From NCBI GenBank assembly GCA_964016885.1, contig OZ024744.1:39122001-39186000 (forward strand): a stretch of 64,000 bases of DNA. The letters run 5' to 3'. A program made the position numbers and the translations under genes. Below, in pieces: positions 22,668 to 36,732 of this stretch; position 1 is the first letter of the stretch, and every line of letters starts with the position of its first letter. This DNA comes from Eledone cirrhosa. Taxonomy: Eukaryota. The notes under the pieces were generated by a model. It saw only the letters and a program-made list of their open reading frames with translations. It did no database searches and was not told where the DNA came from.

Positions 22668-24330
22668 GACCAGTTACTTTTTGGCAAGTTGGTAATAAGG
22701 AACTGCAAGAGGAGGCATACTGGTTTTTCCATGGGATGGACAGATTACAAGAAGACATTCGATGTAGTTCCTCATTCTTGATAACCAAAAGCCTAGAGAT
22801 CTTCAAGGTGACAGACAACATCAGATAGCTGTTCAGTAATAGTATGAAGACCTGGGAATCAGAGCTAACATCAGGTAGATAATCCTTGGGATCAAGAGAG
22901 GTATCTTCCAGGGGATTAGTTTTCCCCCTTTGTTGTTTGTCCTTACCCTCATTCCCTCATCTCTCATATTGCGAAAAGTGAAAGAAGGATACAAGCTGGG
23001 AAGAGGAAAGCTTACCATCAACCACCTCTTCTTCATGGACGATCTTAAACTCTTTGGGAAGAGTGAGAAGGAGTTGGATGTACTTGTTAGCACTGTCCAT
23101 ATTTTCAGAAATGATATATGTATGGAATTTGGTGTTAATAAGTGTGGAGTCCTAGTGATGAAGAGGGTTAAACTGAACAGAAGCAATGGAATCCAGGCAC
23201 CGACTGGTGAGATGATAACGGAAATCGACACTGAGGTATTTGGATGTTCTGGAGGCAGATGACATCAAGAACAATAAAGGAGAGTAAGGTACATACTAAA
23301 ATCACATCTAAATAGTAAGAATGTCATAAGTGCAGTAAATTCCCGAGCTGTGTCTATTATTAGGTACAGTGCAGGAATTCTGAAATGGAATATTACTGAA
23401 CAAAAAGAAATGGATAGAAAGACCAGGAAGCTAATGACTATCTACAGCAGCATGTTCCACAAGAGAAGTAGTGTTGATAGACTCTACTTAAAGAGATCTG
23501 AAGGTGGAAGAGGTCTTATCAGCATAGAGGACTGTGTTCAGGTGGAGAAGAGCTGTCTACATAAATGTGTCTGAGAGTAGGAAGCCAATGCTCACAGTTG
23601 TACTGAAGGAGAAGACAATAGACCAGGGGATGTCCAAGAAGGATGTAACAACAAAGAGGAAGATAAACCTTCCTGAAAAATCCCTTCATAACACCTTTTT
23701 TTAAGAAAATGGAACTCAGAGATCCACAGACATGGAGCTGGTTAAAAAGAGGAGACCTTAAAAAAGCTACAGAGGGAATGCTATAGGCTGCAAACCCTCA
23801 CAACAAAGTGGATGAATCACCATATTGACAAGGAGGAGGCTTGATATAATAGGAAAGGTGATTCACTGGCATTTATGCAAACTAAACAATTTACCACATT
23901 CTGAGAAGTGGTATGAACATAAGCCAGAGTCGGTGATAGAAAAAGATGAGGTGAAGGTGCTGTGGGATTTCAGGATACAGACGGACCCGAAATTAGAACA
24001 CAATAGGCCTGACCTGGTGGTTTTTGACAAGGAAAAAACATTGTGCCTCATCGTAGAAGTAGCCTACTCCTTTGACACAAGAGTGCAAGAAAAGGAGAAG
24101 GAGAAAATTAACAGTTACCAGGATTTAAAGATGGAGTTAAAAAGGATTTGGGACTGTCTAGAGATTAAGGTTGTCCCGATTGTCATAGGAGCAATAGGTA
24201 CTATCTCAAAAAGTTTCCAAGGATGGTTAAAGAACATTAGCCCAGCCTCGTTTTTTGGAACACTTCAAAAGGCATGCTTGCTGGGAACATCAAGAACCCT
24301 CCGATATGTCCTGAATATCTGTGACTTAAT
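22668..24330 (+). mobile_element. R4/Dong-like LINE (RT and RLE), divergent family
   Basis: RGIFQG, INHLFFMDDLKLF, MEFGVNKC, RLYLKRSEGGRGL, LWDFRIQTD..HNRPDLV, KEKEKINSYQDL. Confidence 0.88.
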
Positions 24331-24614
24331 GTTCATTAAGGTAAATTTTCTGGTTAAATAACAACAATGACTTAGATATCAAAGTAATAATAATAATAAT
24401 GGTTTCGGATTTAGGCCCAAGGCTAACAATTGGGGAGAGGAAATCAATTAAATTGATCCCAGTGCATTACTGGTACTTTATTTTATCAACCTGTAAGGAT
24501 GAAAGGCAAAGCTAACCTCAGCAGGATTTGAACTCAGAACGTAAAGGTACGTAACTATATGCTGATGCTCTACCAATACTGCCAACAATAATAATAATAA
24601 TAATAATAATAATT

Positions 24615-26325
24615 GAAAAGCATAAATCACCTGTGTATATAGATGACTTGAAGCTATATGCCAAAAATGACAATGAATTTAGAAGGATTGCTGAAGACAG
24701 TGAAGGTGTTCAGCATGTAGGGATGGAATTTGGATTGGAAAAATGGACCAAAGCAACATTCAAGAGAGGCAGAATAACAAACACAAACTCAATGGAAATA
24801 GATGTGAATACAATAATTAAGGAGCTAGAACAGGAAATAATCGACAGATATCTATGGATCAAAGAAGGCCAAGGTATTCACCACGCCAGCATGAAAGAGA
24901 ATCAGGAAGGAATGCTACTGGAGAGTATGTGCTGTCATGAAAACGGAGCTTAACTCAAGAAATAAACTAGATGTCATAAATGTGCTTGCAATCCCAGTTG
25001 TCATCTATAGTTTCAATATTATAAATTGGAACATTAAGGAAATTAAGAGAAAGGACACCAAAATCAGAAAACTTTTGACCTGTAATAAAATACATCATCC
25101 AAAAGCAGATGTCGATCGTCTCTATCTCCCTAGACAAAACTGAGGTAGAGGAATGATCAAGGTCGAGGATCTCCATACAGGATATGGACCATTGAACTTG
25201 ATCAGTACCTTAAAACCACAGACGACTGGATGATGAAAATGGTCGCAGTTCACAAAAAGAAGAAGAGGTTACATTCAGTCACAAAGGAAAAGAGGAAGTT
25301 TATGAATGAATTGGGAATACATTTTTTTAAAAATGTCGATTCTGCAATTAAAGGTGCAAAGAATATCAATATGTTGGCACAACATGAAGGTCAACAGAGT
25401 CTATGCATTAAATGGGAGCAAAAACCACTGCATGGGCAGTATGTTCTCCATAGCAAAGAACCTGATGTAGATCAAACTCTCACCCATCAGTGGCTGTGGA
25501 GTTTGGGGCCAAAGGCAGAGAGTGAGGGCTTCATTTTGACAGCACAAGACTTTCAATGTGCAACTTTCAAGACAATGTGATCAGAAATGGAATTGACTCA
25601 AAATGTCGATTCTGTGATGAGCATGTTGAGATCATAGACCACCTGGTTTCAGGCTGCAAGATATTAGCTCCCAAGAATATAAAACGAGGCACGATAGAAT
25701 GGGACAATTCTTATACTGCGTAATGTGCAGGTTTTATGGTCAGAAAACATAGGGAATATGGTACAACCATCACCCAGATGCAGTAACAGGAGGAGAGAAC
25801 ATAACAATCCTCTGGGATTTCCCTGTGAATACTGACAGAATAATCAAGGCCAACAGACATGATATAATTGTAAAGGACAATAAAGAGAAAACATGTTTCT
25901 TAATTGACATGAGCATACCTTCAGATAATAACATCTCCTCGAAAGAATTTGGAAAGCTTAGTAAGTATAAAGATCTATCAATTGAAATTGAGAAAATGTG
26001 GCATCTTAAAGCCAGTACAATACTAGTGATAGTTGGCGCAAATGGAATGATAAAAAAGGGAACAGAAATATATTTGGACAAGATACATAGAAAGCCATCT
26101 CTGCATGAAATACAGAAAATAGTGCTGACTGGTACTGTCCATGTCCAGAGAAGGGCATTATCAATTTTAAAACCTTTGAAAGACATTTACTGATGTATGT
26201 GCCCCTGTGGTACCATTTGTGTGACAACTGATTGTAAAATGTGTGTATTATCAAGTTTTGCCTCGGGTGTTAAGTTGACATTCGGCATGATTTGGGGAAG
26301 GAGCAGAATTCAAAGGAAGTTTCAA
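24615..26325 (+). mobile_element. R4/Dong-like LINE (RT C-terminal part and RLE)
   Basis: YIDDLKLY, MEFGLEK, KPLHGQY, ESEGFI..AQD, CRFC..HLVSGC, LWDFPVNTD, LIDMSIPSD..KE..KLSKYKDL. (AAT)n on both sides. Confidence 0.88.
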
Positions 26326-26918
26326 ATAATAATAATAATAATTTAATTTATAGGTAAAAGTTATAAAAGTTGACATAAAGGTAGCGTTAAAATATTTCAG
26401 ATTTGACACAACCAAATTTTTTTTCGTTTTTTTTTTTCTTTTGGCCATTGCATTTCATTAAAATAGAAAAGTTAAAAAAAAAAGAAACTTAAAACGGAAA
26501 CTGTCTCATTTTTCAGAGTCAAACAAGAAGCATCATGGGAAAATGTTACTTTTGCTATTTTTATATATGACAAGAAAAAGAAAGTAAAAAATTTAGATTT
26601 TTTTTTTTTTTTTTTTTTTTTTTAATGTTTTGTTTTAGTGTTGTTTTTTTACTTTGCTGCCTTTTCATTGTTTTTGCTGATATTGTTTCGTGCTGTTTGA
26701 AATATTGATATTAGAGGTTAAATGTTATTTTAGTTATTTGATTCAAGTCAAAACATTTTACCATTCATAGCAATTGATGTTACTAATACTCTACTCCAAA
26801 GCAAGATAAAGAGCATGCAATAAACTGGACCATTTCCTTAATGTTTTTAATGTTTTTCAAGTTGTATCAAATGTAAATTTGGAATGGAATTCAAAATCAA
26901 AGAGTAATATATATAAAG

Positions 26919-26995
<77 letters not shown>

Positions 26996-28201
26996 AAAAG
27001 GATAGAAAGAAGTTTGGTTCCCAGGGGAAAGTTATACAAGCTGAGTGTGCATGTAAATATGGATATCATCATCATCAACATCGTCATTGAACGTCCACTT
27101 TCCGTGCTAGCAAGGGTTGAGCAGGTCTACATAGACCAAGTCAGTACCAACGCAGAGCTACTGACATCCCAGACAGGCCCCGGGGGAGAGGGTGTCTGCA
27201 TCACACTTATGTATGGTCTTACATTCTATTGAGTGCATAGGAGAGGTTGTCATGACTTTGACACAACTGAAGGGTCCTCTCAACCCTTTGTTTGACAAGC
27301 TTTCTATTACTCGATGCCCTTCCTATCACCAACCACTTTACAGCAAGTACTGGATGCATTTTTTGTTTCAGCAGGATGACAACCTCCACTCAACTAGTTA
27401 TTATCTCAAGGGATACTCATGTGTGGGGGAGGGGGGAATGTTATTCAGAATGCTCTACACAATAAAATTTACACTTTTACTAAAATACAATCTATACATT
27501 TGATATGAGAAAACAAGTTTGAGGTTTTGAAATTATGTTAGGTTTAGGAAATAAGATAACACTTAACGATTGGGAGAACATGAATTTCTTCTACACAATA
27601 AAATTTACAGTTTTTACAAAAATACATTTTTCTCTAGTTTTTTCTCTAGTAAGCTACATACTGTGAGTGGTTGCCTGTCTGGTAATTTTACATAACTGCA
27701 CAGTTTAAACTCTGAAATGTTTGTGTAGGGTGGCGTTCAATAGTCTCCTTACATATATTTTTATAACTAACTGTATGGACATATATATATACATATATAC
27801 ATATTTATATATACATACATACATAAATGTATATAAATAAATAAATAAATAAATAAAATAAAATAAAATAAAATAAAATAAAATAAATAAATAAACATAT
27901 ATATATATATGCCACACAGAAGCTTATTTGTCACTAATATACTGAACATTTCAATGAAAAGATAGCTAAAATATATCTAAATCAGAGAAGCAAATAAATA
28001 CAGAATACTTATGCAAAGTAGTAGTAAAGCTGGCTTTACTAGTACTTTGCATAAGGTATTCTATAAATATATATATATATGTACGTTTATGTATATACAT
28101 ATGTATGTTTGTATGTTTAGTCATTTCAATCCAGTCACTATAAATATATATACATATATCATCATCATCTCCGTTTAACATCCATTTTTCTGGAGATGAT
28201 G

Positions 28202-28247
<46 letters not shown>

Positions 28248-28420
28248 TTATTTATTAAGAAGTGCGCTTACAGCTGAAGTGTATGATAAAGTTATATCTA
28301 TAAATACAGAATGAGTAACCTTTTGGTTGTTTGGATGATATACATGCCTTCTGGTGAGGGGTCAATTAGATCCAAAAATCAATTAAAGATGTTTATTAAT
28401 TTTCAATTTTAAAATATTTG

Positions 28421-28502
28421 AAATTTGTCCCAATCCAAAAGGCTCATCAGGCATTAGACAGCTGTCTAATGCCTGATGAACCTTTTGGACTGGGAGAAAT
28501 TT
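28421..28502. repeat. Spacerless 82-bp palindrome with a degenerate hammerhead core in each arm
   Basis: 41-bp arms with 38/41 matches, centre cagctg. Each arm reads CTGATGA(g/a)ccttttgga.tggga(g/c)AAA. Confidence 0.85.
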
Positions 28503-30922
28503 TAACTAACATGTTTAAATGATGTTTCTATTATTGTTAAGTGCAAACATTTCTTTTGAGTACTATGATACATTAGAAGACATTATTTTCAAAATTGAGT
28601 ACTATAGGTGTGTCTGTTTATTTGCGAGTCATTGCACATGCAAGAATTGTGTAGGTTGAAGCTTGTTGTCCATAACACAGTATATTGCTTGCATATCCAG
28701 GTGTTTCGTTTTAATCATTTTGCTTCATTATACATTTTGCTATTGTGTAGTTCAAGGATAGCTGTGATCGAGTAGACTCATGATCAAAGAGATTCCATCT
28801 CATCTTTATTAGGAATATGTAGAACTGCATTATTTAATGTGTCCTTTCCTTGGCAGAATCATTAGAGTGTCAGATTAAACACCACTCTATTTGTTCCAGA
28901 TATCTGTAGTACGAGTTCTAATCCTAACAAGAACAACTTTGCCTTTCACCCATTCAGGGTTGACAAATAAAGTGCCAATTCAAGAGGGGGTATATTAATG
29001 GAATCATTGAATAGTTGGATATGATGCTTTGTGGTATCTGTACCAGCTCTGTATGTTCTAAGTTCAAATCCTTTCTTCTGCCAGGAGTTGCAGCAAAGAT
29101 CAGATAGTATTAGTAATGAAAACATCAAAGTCTACATATTGTCCATGATTCAATCAGAAAATTAGCCTCTTTTATTTTTTGCAACTAATTGAAGACAATA
29201 GGGTAATTTTTAATTTGTAGGAAGATTTGGCTGCTATTTCTAGAAAGTCAAGAAAACAAACATAGTGGCTCCTTTGTGTCTGAAGATGTGACCTGTGTGT
29301 GTAAACTTTGATAATGTGAAGGGCACAAATTCTATTCTTTGGGGTTTATAGCTGAGGGATTGGAGGCTTAATTTGAACTGACATAAGTCATGATGTATCT
29401 AATATATTATTCATACACAAATATTGATAATTCTTTGTGTTGGCAAAATGTGGTATCTATGAATGTTCGTTAAGTCATTTTGATTTTTTTTTTTTTACTG
29501 TCTTCTATATGTGTTTTTTATTTTAAGAGTCTCTGACCCACATTATCACATTTTGGGTATCCCAAAGTTTTGTTTGTCAGACTGCAATATCTTTCTACTT
29601 CATATTAATTATCGTTTTTTTTTTTGGGGGGGGGGGGGGGGTTGTCACTTCTAATAACACACCTTTCTATACAGATTATATCAAAACAACATGAAATGAA
29701 GTGCTCAGCTCCAAGACATAACATGACATCCAGGCTAGAGAACTTATGGATTTATGATCATCAATCAGCCCAACACTCTAACCACAAGGTGAAATGCCTA
29801 CACAATCTTTCTACACTACATTAATTATCATTTCTAACAACACACATTTCTATGCAGATTATACCACCCTTTATTTTTCCTTAACCTCCAGCACACAGGC
29901 ATCAACTGTATGCATTATAAGCACCTTACACCATATATGCACTGCTATTTAAGGACAATTTAAGACAATAAAAACATCCTTTGATGAGGTCAAAACCATC
30001 TTGTTTCTTTTAAAACAGAGTTGTCATACATATCAAGAAAACAGTCCTGTTCAACAACCTTCCTGCAAACATCTTACAATGAAAATCCATTAACATCACA
30101 ACATATTCTATGCCTTATAATCTCAATGATTTCCCATAGCAAGTTCAAATATATAACACTGATTTGAGGGAAAGATAAAGTTGATTAAATCAACCCCAGT
30201 ACAAGCCTTCTTTATCTTCACCCACTTATTCCTGACAGAGTCGTGGGAGCAGAGTCCTCAAACACTCCTTCCAGTTGGTCATGCTTGATACCCAAGCATG
30301 ACCAACTAAGTTCATGGATGTTATTCAACCATCTTGCTTGGGGTCTTCCCCTGGAATTCTTGCCAGTTGGTTTTGCCCGTAAAATCTGTCCAGCAATACT
30401 TTCCTGTACTAGCCTGATATTTTATTTCATTGAACCTGGCAAGATGAAAGGCAAAGTTGACTTCAGCAGTATGTGAACTTAGAATGTAAGTATCTAGAAC
30501 AAATACTGCAATGGAATTTTCTCCAACACTCTACCAACTCTGTCAATCTACAATGTTTCACATATATAACAATTTACCAGCAATCCTCACATATATGATA
30601 TTGCCAAGAAAATATTTTCATTTTGTTCAATTGCTCTCCTCATTATCTTTAGCATCATCATCTTCCTGTTTACTGGCACAGCAGGTAACTGGGGTACTAC
30701 TCTAGATATTCTGGCAGTCAGCAATCACAACTGATCTCTGTCTTCTGTCATATGCAGAATGGTTGCAATGTCTTTGATGTTATTTGGCTAGGATTGTCTA
30801 CCACTCTTCAGCTTCCAGTTGTGCTCTGGAGAATAGTTTGAGACAGGAACTCATAGCAGGACACATGACCATACTGTCTACAAACACCAGTTATGGTCCA
30901 CACTGGAGTGCAGCTTATATAT

Positions 30923-32105
30923 ATCATCATCATCACCGTTTTACGTCCGTTCTTCCATGCTAGCATGGGTTAGACGGGTTGTCCTGTTGTGGGCAGTGTT
31001 TGGTCGGCTGACCATGCCTTGCTCATACAGGAACTGATTTGGCTTGATTTCTACAGCTGGATGTCCTTCCTAACACCAACCTCATTTACAGTGAGTGCTG
31101 GGTGCTTTTTTTCCATGGCGGCTACACGTCCACTTTACAGTGTGGGCTGGGTGGTTTTTTGCCGTGGCACCTCCACGACCACTTTGCAGTGGGAGGGTGT
31201 GGGGGCATATTGTCTATATGCTTCAGCTTGTACCCATGGGAGGTCGGGTACTCTGTATTACTGCGTGACGCCAGAGGTCACGGTCGTGTGTCATCGCCTT
31301 TGAGAGGTGTAATTGGGTAAGGTCGGCTTTTATCACTTCATCCCAGGTCTTCTTGGGTCTCCCCACTCCGCGGTTTCCATTGACTTCTAGTGCTCTGGAC
31401 CTTTTTATGCAGCTGTCATCCTTCATACGCATCACATGTCCATACCAACGCAACCGCCGCTCCTGCACACAGCATTTGATTCCTCTTATGCTCAGTCTCT
31501 CTCTCAATTCATTTATGCTTTGTCGTTCACGTATATTACTATTACATATCCATCAGAGCATGCAGGCTTCGTTTCTTTCTAATCTACGTAAGTCTTCCAC
31601 CTTCAGCGCCCAGGTCTCACTACCATGTAACATTGCTGTTCGGATACATGCATCATACAGTCTGCCTTTCATTTTGAGGTAGAAGCCTTTTGCAGCTAGC
31701 ATTGGTAGTAGTTCCCTAAACTTCTTCCATCCCGTTCTTACCCTAGTTATTGTACTTTCTGAACACCCACCTCCACTGCTAATTCGGTCACCAGGGTAGC
31801 AGAAGCTGTCTACTGTTTCTACAGAGCCCTCCCAGAGATTGGTGGTACTTGTTTCCTGTGGCTGTTTGCTGCTTGCTGTCCCAGCACAGCTGCTACATGT
31901 GAAGCCTACATTCTTAATTAAGCTTCCTGAGATCCAGCTGCATCTCTTGTGTACCCATTGTTTGCATTTGGGGCAGAAAATGGAGTTCCTACCTACACCT
32001 TTCCTACATACTGAGCAAGGCCATTTCCCTTAAGGGGATCTGGGTTCTGTTTTCTAGTCTACTTACAAGGACCTTAGTCTTTGTCAGGTTGACTTTGAGA
32101 CCCTT
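30923..32105 (-). mobile_element. 5'-truncated RTE LINE with PHD insert and composite 3' UTR
   Basis: [39 protein letters not shown], ending IQSTRPPMGTS*. The 3' UTR (30923-31220) shares its body with the CORE SINE. Confidence 0.9.
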
Positions 32106-34837
32106 TATATATATATATATATATATGATGCTACTGTATATACATACTCACACAAACATACACACATCTTAGATTGCATACAAAAGGTCTTTCAATCATC
32201 ATCATCATTTTACGTCTGCTCTTCCCTGCTTGCAAGAGTGGTCAATATGCTGGCAAATAGTTGTTCCCACATGTTTTAATACCTGGCTCACAAATATGCT
32301 GTTCTCCTTTCCTCTCTCCGTACCTCCCCTATTGCTAGTACAATGAACTCTACTTTGAAATAGCCAACTGCATATCATGTACAGTTGGCTATTTCAATAT
32401 TAGAAACATTAGAGCAGTGGATGAAATGCCCTGCAGTATTATTTCTGTTCCCTTGAATTGTGAGTTCAAATCTAGCCAAAGTCAATTTTCCCTTTCATCC
32501 TTCTGGGGGCCAATGAAGTACCAATCTAGCATGGTAGATTGGCAGAATCATTAGTGTCTTAAATGGGATGTATGCTGAATGGGAATGACAAGTGGTATTT
32601 GTTCTGGCTCTTTTCATTTTGAGTTCAAATCCCACTGACAGTAGACTTAATCCATCACCAAATTTAACAACACCACCTAGTCCTTGTGTATCTTTATTAG
32701 GGTCCATTCCATTGCAAGCACTTAGATCAGATCTTTGTTTTAAGGATACCTTCATTCCCCCTCCCTGTTCTCCCAGAGTCCCTGTAAACATTACATGCAC
32801 TGCTCTTCCTCCTGACTAAGTCATAAAAAATGTCAACCTAAACCTACCCAATGCATCTACCTCATATTCTTCTATTGTTGTTCCTATTATGGTTAGGGTG
32901 TTTTGCTCAAGATCATAAGGTCATCAGTTCGACTCCATCAAGCATTGCATCTTTTAGCATGACACTTTATTCCATGCTGTTTCACTCCACTCAGCTAGCA
33001 AAAATGAGATGTACCAGTAAATCAAAGGACCAGCCATATTACATCCTGTCAAAATGGAACATATCCAAGTAGGATGTGGTCTTCCAACCTGTCTAAAAGA
33101 ATTTAATCTGTTACAACCCCTCCAGCCAATACCAGCAGGGAAAAATGAATAGTGAACAAACAAACAATGATGATGATGATCAAAGTTGTTCTAGCAGTGA
33201 TCATCATTATCAAATGTGTTGTTTAGACTTAGGTTTGTCCTATATTGAATGTACATAAGATCAAATGTATTTGTTTATCGGATATGACACTGTGCAATGT
33301 GACCTATAGATTTTTTAAAGACAGAAGCATGTATTTGGCAGCAAATTGGCAGTCATTAGAACAGTGGATAGAATGCTTTATAGTATTCATTCCGGCTCTC
33401 TGCTCACTGAGTTCAAATCCCACCAAGGTCAACTTTGCCTTTCATCCTTTTGAGGTCAAAAAGAAAAGTACCAGTCTAATACTGGGGTCGATTCTTTCTT
33501 TATCATTTCATCATCATCTCTCACTCACTCTCTCTCTCACTCTGGGAGAAATCAGTTATGTTCCGATCTGGAGACACTGGAGAAGGATGGACTCCACCAG
33601 GCTTAAAATGCCAAAGAAATGCTGTATGTCAATACGGTGCCCCTACAACTCTATCAGGAGTTATGGGACCATAGACGGCATGTATTTGAAGGAGATTACT
33701 TACTATTTCTAACAGATTCAGTAACTGTATACAGGTGTATGAAAAAGGAGTTTGAGTGACTCTTACTTGGGTGTGTTCACTGCCAAGTTGGAAATAAAAT
33801 ATAAAAAAATGACCTAAAATATTGTTACTTTGTTTATGAATGTTGAGTAACACAAGGTCTCATTTTGATAGTGGAAAGCTCTGTATATATATTTGTTTAT
33901 GTTTAAGTTTGTGTACAAGTGTGTTTATGGGTGTGCATTTAAGTATTTGTCTGTAGATGTGCATATGTATTTATGCATATTTATTTAAATATGTGTGTAT
34001 GTGAGTAACTAATTGTTGATGTATGTGTGATTATCAGATTGTTCGTGGTTGTGTGTTTGTGCATATATGTGTATGTGAATGGTTTTTTTCTTAGGTGCAT
34101 GTATGTGTCCTTACGCGTTTGTCTGTGTGTTTCGGTATTTTCATGATTGTGTGTGTGAGAGAGAGTGAGTGTGCCTATATTTGTTCATGACTATGTATGT
34201 TTGTAAGATAGAATGTTTATGAGTTTTTCTCTGTGTATGCTTATGTGCATGTGACTGTGTGTATGTGTGTGTTCATGATTGTGTATGTGTGTGTTCATGA
34301 TTGTTTATGTGTGTTCATGATTGTGTATGTGTGTGTTCATGATTGTTTATGTGTGTTTGTATGTGTGTTTGTATGTGGATATGTGCTTGTTAGTGAGAGT
34401 ACATGTGTACAAAAAGGGGTGGTTTTTGGTACATAAGTGGGTATATGTTTTTGTTTGTAATTATACGCATGTGTGTATGTGTGAGTGCATATGTGTGTGT
34501 GTGTATGTGTGTGTATGTGTGTGTGTACATGTATGTGTACATGTATGTGTACATGTATGTGAATGTGTGTGTGTGTGTGTGAATATGTGTGTGCATGTGT
34601 GTGAATGTGTGTGAAAATGTGTGTGTCCTTGTTTATATATATGTCGATGTGTGCAAAGTAAAACTAAGTGTTAGTATGATCTCACTATTAAGTTAGCCAG
34701 CATAATGGTATAAAGCTAGCTTATGTCACCAAAATACCTGATATTGTGCTATTTGTATTAGTGTATTAGTCACCAAGGAGTAAGGTCACCAAGCAGTAAA
34801 GTCTTTGTTGTGATACAGGTTGTGGTCGCTGGCCCAA

Positions 34838-35018
34838 TTGTTGTTGCTGTTGTTGTTGTTGTTGTTTATTGGTTGCTGATATTTTCTTTATTGAGTGGTG
34901 GTGGTGGTGATGCTGGTGGCGATGGTGGTGCTTGTGGTGGTGGCAGCAGCAGCAGTGTTGGTAATGTTGGTGGTGGTGGAGCTGCTTGTGGTGGTGGTGG
35001 TGGTGGTGGTGGTGGTAG

Positions 35019-35049
<31 letters not shown>

Positions 35050-35105
35050 GGTGGTGGTGGTGGTGGTGGTGGTGGTAGTGTTTGTGGTGGTGTTGTTGGT
35101 GGGGG
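34838..35105. repeat. (GGT/GTT)n trinucleotide low-complexity tract
   Basis: Read directly; flanked by degenerate (GT)/(CA)-rich sequence from ~33900 to 35530. Confidence 0.95.
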
Positions 35106-36732
35106 ATGTTAATAATGAATGGTGTTGAGTTATTAAACATGTGCAGACACACACACACACATACATACACACACACTCATACACACTTGCTGTTTGCATA
35201 GTGAGTGTGTATAAGTATGTGTGTCTATATGTATGAGTATATATGTATGTGTGTATGTGTGTGTCTATGTATGTGCGTGTATGTGTATATGTATGTCAGT
35301 TGCTCCAATACTGAAACTCGAAACAATGCAGCCAGTTACATAACTACAACTGACAATCAATAGAGGGCAAAGAGGAAAAAATACATTTAAAATAAAACAC
35401 ACACACATGCACACATCCATGCAAATGCACATGCTCACATACATGCTTGCAAATGTAGATGCACTCACACATGCATGCAAACACACATACACATGTATGC
35501 AAATACATACATGCATGTATTTGCATACATGGAAGCATGAGGTGGTATTGCCTGGCTCAATGCCTTACCCTCCTTTTTGACTGGCACAGCTGGATAATGA
35601 TAGCTCGTGAATCGGGGTTTCCCTGGGGCTCGGGGTTTCCCCGAGTCTCGGTCTCCTGATCTGCAAGTCACACAACTATTACTGTGGATCCACCGTAGAC
35701 TCTTTTGGCCTCCACCCACTTTCCTGCTGCTACAGTACTGGCCGCCTTCCACACTATGCTGCTCTCAATGAAATCATAAAACATGGCTTGGGTGCTGCAG
35801 GCTTCCCCTCCCAGTTCGAGCCAGAGGGGCTGGACCAAGGGGACAGCAAAAGCCCAAACAGCATGACCATCTGCCCATCCCATGGTGGTAAAGCCCTCAA
35901 CAGGGACGCCACATGCAGTGACACATTCTCTAGCGGCAAACTAGTGCAGTCTGTGGCACACCAGGGCTCTGCTGCACTTTGGGCTGAGGAGGATAGACCC
36001 TCCAAATATTGGTTGCTCTTCAACAAATTTGCGGTTGAGCCCGTAACAGTGGAGACTTCTGATGTCCTTGGTTCTAGGACCCCCTCCCTACTCACTGCCA
36101 TCAGCACAGAGTAGATTACCTGCTAGCTGGAATGGCTCTTCCAGCACATCTCTCTCACTATCTTCTCTATTCTATCTGCCAGGGCCATGGGGCAGCCAGC
36201 ACATAGGCCCCCATTTGCTCATAATAATTGTTTCTACTTTTGGCACAAGGCCAGCAATTACCCAGTACATTTGCTCATAATAATGAGAGATGAGAAGAGT
36301 GGGAGAGACGGAGGTATTAAAAGTGGGAGTTTGATAGCCTTGGGTTCTAACCTGATATATATGTATATATTTATTTACCTCACCACATTAACTGTATATA
36401 AGCTATATTATTATAGTTTAGAAAAACTTCAACAAAATCTTAATGCTTTATGATTATCCCTTATGATTATCCCTTCATATTAACAGGATATGAGCCACTA
36501 TATGTTCATTCAACTTCTTATAAATAGCATTTGTATCAGTTTTATATGAAGAAAGGCAGCAAACAATAAGGATGGACAGCATAACACAATACAGATGGAC
36601 ATCTAAGATACACAGTACCATCAGAAAACAAACAACTGCAATGACTTTCCTTATAAGTTAAAACAAGATGAGCTAACCTGGGGTTAAACAACAACTGTAC
36701 ACTCACAATACACCCGCCTGCCTGGTACATAA

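Noticed and set aside
34766-35199. His-, Thr-, Gly- or Val-rich ORFs
   Set aside because: Translations of a trinucleotide tract that is open in several frames, with no supporting splice or domain evidence.
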